DNA from: Christensenellaceae bacterium
GTDB lineage: Bacteria; Bacillota; Clostridia; Christensenellales; CAG-138
Reading direction: 5' to 3'
Length of the DNA: 64,000 nt
Assembly (NCBI GenBank): GCA_963665375.2
Contig: CAXXUL010000001.1
Span: 733,001 to 797,000 of the forward strand
Shown: positions 8,327 through 16,188 of the stretch, piece by piece
How the letters are laid out: each line of letters opens with the position of its first letter
How positions within the stretch are numbered: the first letter of the stretch is position 1
Notes under the pieces: generated by a model
Seen by the model: the letters and a program-made list of their open reading frames with translations, nothing else
Database searches by the model: none
What the model was told of the DNA's origin: nothing
Position numbers and translations under genes: made by a program

Positions 8327-9535
8327 TTACTCGAAGGAATGCTTTCTATACTCGTAGAATGTAAAATACTTTCTTCCGCAATAGAGCGCCTTTGTTGAGC
8401 GCAGCTCGTAAGAGGCTCCTTCAACCGAAAACACAATCTTGTTTACGCCAATCATCGCAAGGCTGCTGATGCTCTTGAGCGGGAAGTGATGATTGCCGAC
8501 AACAAGCTCGCTCTTGCTGATGGAAAGCTTCGCAGTTTCGAGGATACGATCTTTGTGCCGCGCGCCCACCGCAATGAGATTGACGCCATCGTCGGAATAT
8601 GCGATCTCATCGTCTTTCAGGGAAGCCGCGTACTCCATCATCCGCCTGTCCTGCCAATAATCCCAATCGCGAACGGTCGAAAACGGCGGTTCGGGATCGC
8701 CGGCCTCTACCTTTTCAAAGAATCCCGTCTCCGTGAAGCAAACCCGCAGTCCGCAATCGCAAGAAAATGTGTCTTTATGGCTGTGCAGCGTTCCCGTTTT
8801 ACCACATTTCGGGCAAAAATAGAGCGCATGTTCCAACCCTTTTGCGAGATCCTTTCCTTTATAGCGGTAAGGCATCGTCAATTGGCGTTCGAACGCGTCC
8901 TCCATGATGTCCTCTCGGATGCGCTCGTTCACTTCTTCCGGCGACATCGCCTTGAGCTGCTCAGGCGAAAACACGTTGACCACATATCCACGCATATTTC
9001 CTTTTCGCGTTGACCTGCTCCAACGCGGTGTGGTGAGATATCCGCCCTCAAAGCGGTAGGTCACGAGCGATGCGCCCGTCGCTTTGGCGAGCTTTCCCGT
9101 CGCGGGGAAGATCGGGCCTGTCACGCCGTTGTAGGAGCGGTTTCCCTCCGCAAACAGGCAGACATTCGAGTTTTTCTTGATGGTGCGGATGATGTTCAGC
9201 GCTGCCGTCGCATCCGTTGTTCCCTTCACGCGCGAAATCGGCGCAAAGAGGTAAACCAATAACCACGAGAGAAATCCTTTGCGAAATACATGCTCGCTGG
9301 AGACAAAATACATGTGCTCCGAAAAGCTCAGCGCGAGCAAAGCGGGATCGAGCTCTCCGTTGTGGTTGGCGGTGATTAAGAACGGCCCTTTCCCAATATT
9401 CGCCTTTTCGGGATGAAACCCGTAGATGCTCTTGAGTGCGCCGCTCAACGCCGCTTTGCAAAAACGAAACACTCTTTTATGTCTGGCTATTGCCTGTTCC
9501 ATTTCATCACCGCCTTCTCTATCTGTCTTATTCAT
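8327..9535 (-). CDS. lysophospholipid acyltransferase (PlsC/LPLAT) family protein with C-terminal zinc-ribbon extension
   Basis: Acyltransferase-type motifs ITANHNGELDP (HxxxxD-like) and FAEGNRS. A CPKCG...CDCG cysteine cluster lies in the C-terminal half. An alternative start at 9502 (MEQAIAR) has a better RBS. Confidence 0.75.
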   Translation of the reverse strand: MNKTDREGGDEMEQAIARHKRVFRFCKAALSGALKSIYGFHPEKANIGKGPFLITANHNGELDPALLALSFSEHMYFVSSEHVFRKGFLSWLLVYLFAPISRVKGTTDATAALNIIRTIKKNSNVCLFAEGNRSYNGVTGPIFPATGKLAKATGASLVTYRFEGGYLTTPRWSRSTRKGNMRGYVVNVFSPEQLKAMSPEEVNERIREDIMEDAFERQLTMPYRYKGKDLAKGLEHALYFCPKCGKTGTLHSHKDTFSCDCGLRVCFTETGFFEKVEAGDPEPPFSTVRDWDYWQDRRMMEYAASLKDDEIAYSDDGVNLIAVGARHKDRILETAKLSISKSELVVGNHHFPLKSISSLAMIGVNKIVFSVEGASYELRSTKALYCGRKYFTFYEYRKHSFE

Positions 9536-9589
9536 TATAACGCTGGCGGTTTGGCTACCGCAAGTAAAGTGCGCCTGTATTGCTTTTGA

Positions 9590-11380
9590 TCAATTCGAGA
9601 CGTTTGCCTCTTCCGCCTTTTCCGGCGTTTGTTCCGTGTTTTCTGCGGGCTTGGTTGCATCCGAGAGCTGCGCGTTGATCGCCAGAACGCGAGCGGCGTC
9701 CATCTTTACGACTTCGCGGTCATAGGTCACAAACCCGTTTGTCTCCTGCTCCACATCCGAAAGCTGCGTGTAGATCGCGGCCGAGAGTCCCTTCGCCTTA
9801 GCGGGAATCACCTCGCGCCGGTAGAGCTTTTCAAACGCGGAAACCAGAGATTCCGCGGTTTGAAAGCGCTTGTATCCAAACTCTTTTTGCGAAAAGCTGT
9901 GCTCCGCAATATGCTGGCTATATCCGCCGAACTCGCTGAGCACGACAGCGCGACCTTGCGCATCCTTCGAAAAACGATAGGGTTTATAGTAGACGTGCAG
10001 GCTCTTGACGTCTCCGCCCTTTTGGTCGTGCCAGCCGCTGGCGTGGTCGATGGTGCGCGTGTCGTCCAGCATGCGGATTTGTGCAACAGCTTGATTCGCG
10101 TCAAACTGTCCCCAGCCTTCGTTAAACGGCACCCACATCGCGACGCTGGGGCAGTTATACAGCAGCATCACGGTTTCATTGAGTTCTCGTATGTAAGCCT
10201 CCCTGCCGCGCACTTCTTCGCGCGCAAAGTAGGTGTAATCATTGTCGCGATGCGCGTTTCCGAAGATAAGCGGTAGAGAAATCGCTCCCTTATCGTAGAT
10301 GCCTCCGCCGTTGACCATATCCTGCCAAACGAGCATGCCAAGCCGGTCGCAATGATAATACCAGCGCATCGGCTCAATCTTAATATGTTTTCGAAGCGTA
10401 TTAAACCCAAGCGATTTCATGAGTTCAATGTCGTACACCATCGCTTCGTCGCTGGGTGCGGTATAGAGTCCGTCCGGCCAATACCCCTGATCCAGCACGC
10501 CGTTGTGAAAATAAGGCGCGTTGTTGAGAAACAGACGCGGCGTTCCCGACTCGTCCCGCTCCACCGCGAACTTTCGCATGGCAAAATAGCTCTCCACTTG
10601 GTCGCGCTCAAACGTCATCGAAAAATCGTAGAGCTTCGGCTCTTCCGGGCTCCACGGGGTAAATTCCTCCATCGGCAGAACCAGCGGGGTTCCGCTGATA
10701 AACACAGTCTCGCTCTCGAGCAGTTTTACGACACCACCACCGCCGCAGTTGGTCCAGACGGTGAGCTGCACCGCGCTTTGGTCGAATAAAGGTTTGATCA
10801 CCACGGTTTCAATGCGCCTCTTTGGCGCGCGCTCCAGCCAAACCGTCTGCCAGATGCCGCTCTGCGGGGTATACCAGATGCCGCTGGGTTTGCTGCTCTG
10901 TTTTCCGCGGGACCAGCAGGAGGTGTCCGTTTCGTCGCGCACGCGCACGATCAGTTCATTGGGAACACCCGTCAGGAGCGCATCGCTCAACACAACCGAA
11001 AACGGAAGATATCCGCCCGCATGATGCGCGAGCGTCACACCGTTGAGTCGAACCTCCGCGAACTGATCCACCGCGCCGAAGTGCAATATGAGATCCTCGG
11101 TGTTTGCGTCATAGCCCGCCGGTGTTTCAATCATTCTGCGATACCAGAGGCACTCGCTTGGTTTGAGCGTCCGCCCGATGCCGGAGAGCTCGCTCTCCGG
11201 AGAAAACGGCACGAGAATTGTCCCGTCAAATCGATCCGGCGGGGTTTGCAGCGTTACGCCGGAGAAGGCATATTCCCATGTTCCGTTGAGAATTTCGCAA
11301 TTGTTTCTGCGAAACTGCGGGCGCGGATACTCCGGCAATATGTTTGTCCGGTCAAGCGTTTTTCCCCATTTTGTCAGCAT
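9590..11380 (-). CDS. glycoside hydrolase family 2 (beta-galactosidase/beta-glucuronidase-like)
   Basis: 596 aa. N-terminal LPEYPRPQFRR..NGTWEY, a central TIM-barrel segment IKIEPMRWYYHCDRLGMLVWQD, and WVPFNEGWGQ (acid/base Glu). A GGAGGA RBS is present. Confidence 0.85.
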   Translation of the reverse strand: MLTKWGKTLDRTNILPEYPRPQFRRNNCEILNGTWEYAFSGVTLQTPPDRFDGTILVPFSPESELSGIGRTLKPSECLWYRRMIETPAGYDANTEDLILHFGAVDQFAEVRLNGVTLAHHAGGYLPFSVVLSDALLTGVPNELIVRVRDETDTSCWSRGKQSSKPSGIWYTPQSGIWQTVWLERAPKRRIETVVIKPLFDQSAVQLTVWTNCGGGGVVKLLESETVFISGTPLVLPMEEFTPWSPEEPKLYDFSMTFERDQVESYFAMRKFAVERDESGTPRLFLNNAPYFHNGVLDQGYWPDGLYTAPSDEAMVYDIELMKSLGFNTLRKHIKIEPMRWYYHCDRLGMLVWQDMVNGGGIYDKGAISLPLIFGNAHRDNDYTYFAREEVRGREAYIRELNETVMLLYNCPSVAMWVPFNEGWGQFDANQAVAQIRMLDDTRTIDHASGWHDQKGGDVKSLHVYYKPYRFSKDAQGRAVVLSEFGGYSQHIAEHSFSQKEFGYKRFQTAESLVSAFEKLYRREVIPAKAKGLSAAIYTQLSDVEQETNGFVTYDREVVKMDAARVLAINAQLSDATKPAENTEQTPEKAEEANVSN

Positions 11381-11433
11381 CGTTTGTTCCTCCGTGTCCC
11401 TGTTGTTTCAGTGTGTTGCTTGGTCGTCTGGTT

Positions 11434-12609
11434 TTAGTCCGCGCGAACGCTGGATTTATCAATATCGATCACGGCGTAGCAAGTACCCTCCAGCGCATGA
11501 ACGCGCTGGTTGACCGCTTTTCTTACTTCTTCGTCCGTCATGGGAAAATCAAACGGCACCACGACGTCGAAAACGAGATTTGTGTGTGTCGACCCTGGAA
11601 CCACCCGGAAATCGTGCAGCGTCAGCCGTTTATCAATTTCTTCAAGGATTGAAAACGTCTCGGCGCGCAGGCGGTTTGTCTCTTTGTTGTTCGTTTCAAC
11701 AGGATCCATATGGATGACCGTCTCGCAGCCGCACTCTTTGCGCAGATGCTTTTCGAGGTTGTCCACCGTGTCGTGCAGCAGTATCATGTTTCCGTCCGCA
11801 GGAACCTCCGCGTGCAGCGATATCATCCTTCGACCCGGGCCGTAATCGTGTACGACGAGATCGTGTACACCGATCACGCCTTCCTGTGCCAATACGATGC
11901 GTTCAATTTTATCAACAAATTCCTGCGTGGGAGACTGGCCAAGCAACGGGCTGACGGTCTCCTGTGCGGCGCGAATTCCGGTATAACCGATAAACAGCGC
12001 AACCAATAAGCCGGCATAACCGTCGATCTTCCAGCCCGTCCATTTGCCGATCAGCATGGAAAGAAGTACGACTGAGGTCGCGGTCACATCGGAAAAACTG
12101 TCCAATGCAGTTGCGCGCATCGCCGCCGAATCGATCTTCTTTCCGATTCCACGGTTGTAGAAGAACATATACAGCTTCGTCAGGATCGAGGCAATCAGTA
12201 CACCCACCGCGAGAAACGAAAACGTAACCGGTTCGGGGTGGATGATCTTGTCGACCGACGTTTTTGCCAGTTCAAAGCCCATCAACAGGATCGCCATGGA
12301 GACGATCAATCCGGCGATATACTCAAACCTGCCGTGCCCGAAGGGGTGCTCTTTATCGGCCTTCGTGTCCGAAAGGCGAAAACCGACCAACGTGATGGCG
12401 GAACTGCCCGCATCCGAGAGGTTGTTAAACGCATCCGCCGTAATACCGATGCTACCGGTCAGCGTTCCTGTAAGTAATTTCCCTGTAAACAGGAGTATGT
12501 TAAATAGAATCCCGACGGCGCCGCAAAGCATGCCATATTTCAAGCGTACGGTCGGGGATGCGTAGTCCTTGTAATTTTTGATCATCAGTTTTGAAAGTAA
12601 CGTTATCAT
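11434..12609 (-). CDS. cation diffusion facilitator (CDF) family metal efflux transporter
   Basis: Six TM segments and a DAFNNLSD motif in TM2, plus a C-terminal cytoplasmic domain. The start at 12609 has a GAGG RBS. The ORF-track start at 12726 is probably too long. Confidence 0.85.
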   Translation of the reverse strand: MITLLSKLMIKNYKDYASPTVRLKYGMLCGAVGILFNILLFTGKLLTGTLTGSIGITADAFNNLSDAGSSAITLVGFRLSDTKADKEHPFGHGRFEYIAGLIVSMAILLMGFELAKTSVDKIIHPEPVTFSFLAVGVLIASILTKLYMFFYNRGIGKKIDSAAMRATALDSFSDVTATSVVLLSMLIGKWTGWKIDGYAGLLVALFIGYTGIRAAQETVSPLLGQSPTQEFVDKIERIVLAQEGVIGVHDLVVHDYGPGRRMISLHAEVPADGNMILLHDTVDNLEKHLRKECGCETVIHMDPVETNNKETNRLRAETFSILEEIDKRLTLHDFRVVPGSTHTNLVFDVVVPFDFPMTDEEVRKAVNQRVHALEGTCYAVIDIDKSSVRAD

Positions 12610-12744
12610 GGCGACCTCAATATGCTTTCTTTTCGTCAAGTTATTGTGCTTGAACAGAATCCATCGAATGAAATCACTTTCATAATTGTTCCTCGGAGAC
12701 TGAGCAGTAAGATGGTTTGAACACAATCCAATAAGTTCAGAAAT

Positions 12745-12774
12745 GCGACGGCATATCTCATTATATGCCGCCGC
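12745..12774 (-). terminator. probable terminator after the YegP gene
   Basis: Hairpin formed by GCGGCGGCATATA / TATGCCGTCGC, followed by a T-rich stretch on the minus strand. Confidence 0.45.
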
Positions 12775-12811
12775 ATTGTCTTATTGCTTGTTTAGGATTT
12801 TCCCGCTTAGA

Positions 12812-13177
12812 TTACTCGGTGACGAGTTCCGAATCCGCGTTTTTCTTGACGCTCTCGATGCCGCCGATTGCGGATGCCTTTGCAGAATATCCTTCGGAAG
12901 AGAGAATCGGCTCGCCGTTCTTTGCGCGAAGGCGGAAGCGGAATTCTCCCGCTTTGTCCTTGTAGAGTTCAAACACCGGGTTGGTCATGTTCTTCCAGCC
13001 ATCAACGGTTTGATCTTCAATCTGCGCTACTGCCGCATTCTTCTTTACGCTCTCTACGCCGTTTTTTACGGCAGCTTCAGAGGAATATATTTCCGACTTG
13101 CCAATCGGCTCACCGTTGGCTGCCTTGAGTACAAAATACGGTCCCGTTTTGCCTTGTTTGATGACATATTTTCCCAT
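12812..13177 (-). CDS. YegP family protein (tandem DUF1508 repeats)
   Basis: There are two internal repeats: FVLKAANGEPIGKSEIYSSEAAVKNGVESVKKNA and FRLRAKNGEPILSSEGYSAKASAIGGIESVKKNA. Confidence 0.85.
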   Translation of the reverse strand: MGKYVIKQGKTGPYFVLKAANGEPIGKSEIYSSEAAVKNGVESVKKNAAVAQIEDQTVDGWKNMTNPVFELYKDKAGEFRFRLRAKNGEPILSSEGYSAKASAIGGIESVKKNADSELVTE

Positions 13178-13540
13178 AACACTCAGCCTCCGTTTTTTGT
13201 TACCATATCATTTTTGCCAGTAAAAAGCAAGCGTAGCGCACGGGAAGAGAAACCAATTCAAGATTGTTCACAATCCGGTTCGACTTTGAGACGCCTTGCC
13301 ACTCATCCAAACCCATCGGATCAAGCAGATCCATGCGGTATCAGCGCAATCCACCATATATTGTGGCGTTCACAATTGCGAAACCATATTTGAACAAACT
13401 TTGAACAAAAAGCCAAAAATTCTACGCTGTATGGTAGAAAACTCTTGCCTTTTCCGCTTTCATTCGCTATGATGGCGTTATGGCGCACAGGAGAAGGGCG
13501 TACCATTCTGTGCGAAAATCCTTTTTTGAGGTAATCTACG

Positions 13541-14191
13541 ATGACGATGACCGAAAAACTCGACGTGCTCATGTCCGAACGGGGAATCAACAAATCCCAG
13601 TTGTCCCGTCTTTCGGGTATTCCTTATATGACGATTGTCAACTTCTATGAAAAAGGCACCGAGAACATCAAACGCTCAACACTGGTCAAGCTCTCGCATT
13701 TTTTTAGCGTGACCGTAGACTTTCTGATTATCGATGAGGAAACGCGCCGCGCGTATCCGAGCATCGCGCCGAAATCCGGCCAAATCACCGCGCTTCCAAC
13801 CTCTGTCGTCAAGCCGCGCATCTATCGCGCCGTCAAGGGCGTCCCCCTCCTGGACGAGCAAAATATCGCCTGCTATGACGAGGTCCCGCAGAGCATCCGC
13901 TGTGACTTCACGCTGCGCTTTAACGGAGACAGCATGAAAAAACTCAACATCAACGACGGCGACATCGTCTACGCCAGCATGATGGAAGATGTCCGCAGTC
14001 ATGAAGTAGCGGTCGTGATGCTCGATGGTGCGCTGACGCTTCGCCGGGTTTACAAAAACGAGAACCAAATCGTTTTGATGGCGGAAAACCCCGCCTATGT
14101 GCCAATCGTCATGCGCGCAGGATCCAATGTACATATCCTCGGCAAAGCAGTTGCGTTCCTGAACCCCAACGCGTCCGAGAGCCTCGTTTAG
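13541..14191 (+). CDS. XRE-family HTH + S24 (LexA/CI-like) self-cleaving repressor
   Basis: The N-terminal HTH is KSQLSRLSGIPYMTIVNFYEKG. The C-terminal S24 peptidase part has NGDSM and a downstream Lys (LRRVYK). Confidence 0.8.
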   Translation: MTMTEKLDVLMSERGINKSQLSRLSGIPYMTIVNFYEKGTENIKRSTLVKLSHFFSVTVDFLIIDEETRRAYPSIAPKSGQITALPTSVVKPRIYRAVKGVPLLDEQNIACYDEVPQSIRCDFTLRFNGDSMKKLNINDGDIVYASMMEDVRSHEVAVVMLDGALTLRRVYKNENQIVLMAENPAYVPIVMRAGSNVHILGKAVAFLNPNASESLV

Positions 14192-14227
14192 CCGTACGAT
14201 TGTGCTGCAATTTCATCTCAAGCAAGC

Positions 14228-14258
14228 AAAAAAACCTGTGAATCGTCACAGGTTTTTT
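14228..14258. terminator. bidirectional rho-independent terminator
   Basis: A7-CCTGTGA-atcg-TCACAGG-T6, between convergent genes. Confidence 0.75.
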
Positions 14259-14273
14259 GATACTTAGGTTTGA

Positions 14274-16154
14274 TCAGCCAATTTTTAGGCAGACGATCTG
14301 TGGCCCTTTGCCGCTGCCACCCTTGCCGCGCGTTCCAACAACCAACAGATTATTGAACACAGCCGGCGTGGAGTCGATCCGGCTGCCGATGTCGACGCTG
14401 TTGAGCATATTGCCGTTGGATGCGTCGTACATGGTCACATATCCGCCGCGGTCGCACTGAATGAGATACGCTTTCCCCTGCGCGTCGTAGACTACCACCG
14501 GGCTTGCCCAATAATCGTTGCTCTGCTCGATCGACCAGATGATCGCGCCTGTCGATTTATCATACGCAACGATTCTTCCGCCAATCGTATAGCTTCCGCC
14601 CGCATTTTTCTGCGGCAAGACTTCGTCGCTGGTCTGTGTGCCGCCCGCGGTCGCGGTTGCCGCGGGATCCGGCGTATCGGTCGTGGTTGCCGCGGTGTTT
14701 CCGTTGGAAAGCGCTGCCAGACTGAAGGAGTAGATCACGAGATTGCTAATCTGTCCCCGACCGACATGCGGGGTTGCGACGATCCCGCCGCTCGCGCTCG
14801 CATCTCCGGTGGAGCAAATCCAGCGTTTTTCCCAGACGATAGCGCCGGTCAGTCCGTTGATCTTCCGCTGATAGCTGTAGCCAAATCCATCTGGTAAATC
14901 GTCACCCTTAGTGCGTGTTTGCGAGCCGGTATAGAGATAGATCGTGTTGTCGTTGAAACTCTCGTCAATCACGACGGAGGAATCGCTCTCGTCGGTCACG
15001 TCCACCACATATTTAATCGCCATGGTGTTCAGGTCGACGCACTGCAGTCTTCCGCCGTTGTCGGTAAAAAACGCATAATTGCGAAACGCGGAGACTGAGC
15101 TTTCCACGCCGAACCAGCGTGCGCCTTCCTTATCGTCGCGCGAGTATCCAGACCCTTCATAACGCGTTTTTATCAAACCATCCGGTTTGATTGAGACCGT
15201 TCCGGCAGCAGCGTCAAACTGCGCGTTGAGCTTGACCGTATAGAAAATCCCGTTTTCACCTCCGTAGACAAGCGTGTCGTTCGCAAGCATAGGGCTGCCG
15301 TCATATGCCTGCCATTTTCTCCGTGAAAACCAGTCGAACCCGCCAAATTGCTCGATTTGCTCTCCTGAGACCAGCGAATACACGCGCACATAGGAGGCGG
15401 GGTTTTTTTGCTCGTTTTCCACTGGAATTCCCTGCCCGACATACAGCAGCGGATAGCCGCGCGGATCGATGCAGGCGGTTCCCTTTTGCACGATTCCGGT
15501 GTTGATCGGGTCTCGCGTCGGGTTCCCCGTTTCCAGATCGAGGAAATAGATGTTTCCGTCCATCGCGGGGTAAATCACCTCGGTCAATGGAGCTGCGGCG
15601 TCTTTAAAGCTCTGTTTTACATTCATGACGGCTACGGTTTCAACCGGCCATTGCACGATGAGCGGCTGTCCTGTCCAGCCTGTGCCGCTCCAGTTGCCGA
15701 GCGCGCCAATGGTCTTCGTCCATTGTTCGCGCAGACGCTTGTCCGTGACCGTCGCAACGCCATATGCAAACGAGTTGCGGTAGTTGTTGCCACCGAAGGT
15801 CGTAACCCCGGGCAGCGCGCTGTATTCCATGTCTCTGCCGAAGCTCAGCGATTCCGAGCGGGTAAAGCTCGTTTTATCTTTACCGTTTACCTTCAGTGCG
15901 GAGGTAAATCCAAACTGCGAGGGGTTTGCGCTGTCCACGCGGGTGATGGTAACGTCATCCGGTAAAGCCGGATTGGGCGTAGCGGTCGGCGCAAGCGTAG
16001 CGGTTGGCACCGGCGTTGTTTCCAGCACCTCTTTTTTATCGCTTTGCACCTTCTTAATCAGCAACAACACGATGATGATCGTGCCCAGCACCACGAGCAT
16101 GATCAAAAAGAATCGCGGTTGCATCCGAATTCGTCTTCTTTTTTTCTTTGCCAT
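14274..16154 (-). CDS. membrane-anchored PQQ-like beta-propeller repeat protein
   Basis: It has an N-terminal KKKRRRIR motif plus TM, then a Pro/Thr linker, then repeated propeller blades (MDGNIYFLDLETG, GGRLQCVDLNT, AVFNNLLVVGT). It is a paralog of the adjacent gene. Confidence 0.8.
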   Translation of the reverse strand: MAKKKRRRIRMQPRFFLIMLVVLGTIIIVLLLIKKVQSDKKEVLETTPVPTATLAPTATPNPALPDDVTITRVDSANPSQFGFTSALKVNGKDKTSFTRSESLSFGRDMEYSALPGVTTFGGNNYRNSFAYGVATVTDKRLREQWTKTIGALGNWSGTGWTGQPLIVQWPVETVAVMNVKQSFKDAAAPLTEVIYPAMDGNIYFLDLETGNPTRDPINTGIVQKGTACIDPRGYPLLYVGQGIPVENEQKNPASYVRVYSLVSGEQIEQFGGFDWFSRRKWQAYDGSPMLANDTLVYGGENGIFYTVKLNAQFDAAAGTVSIKPDGLIKTRYEGSGYSRDDKEGARWFGVESSVSAFRNYAFFTDNGGRLQCVDLNTMAIKYVVDVTDESDSSVVIDESFNDNTIYLYTGSQTRTKGDDLPDGFGYSYQRKINGLTGAIVWEKRWICSTGDASASGGIVATPHVGRGQISNLVIYSFSLAALSNGNTAATTTDTPDPAATATAGGTQTSDEVLPQKNAGGSYTIGGRIVAYDKSTGAIIWSIEQSNDYWASPVVVYDAQGKAYLIQCDRGGYVTMYDASNGNMLNSVDIGSRIDSTPAVFNNLLVVGTRGKGGSGKGPQIVCLKIG

Positions 16155-16188
16155 GCTTTTCGCTCCTTATCGAGTGATCCGTGAGTAT

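Noticed and set aside
13394-13420. GAACAAACTTTGAACAAAA upstream of the XRE-S24 repressor looked like a Firmicute LexA (Cheo) box.
   Set aside because: It is a direct repeat of GAACAAA, not the palindromic GAAC-N4-GTTC. The GTTC half-site is missing.
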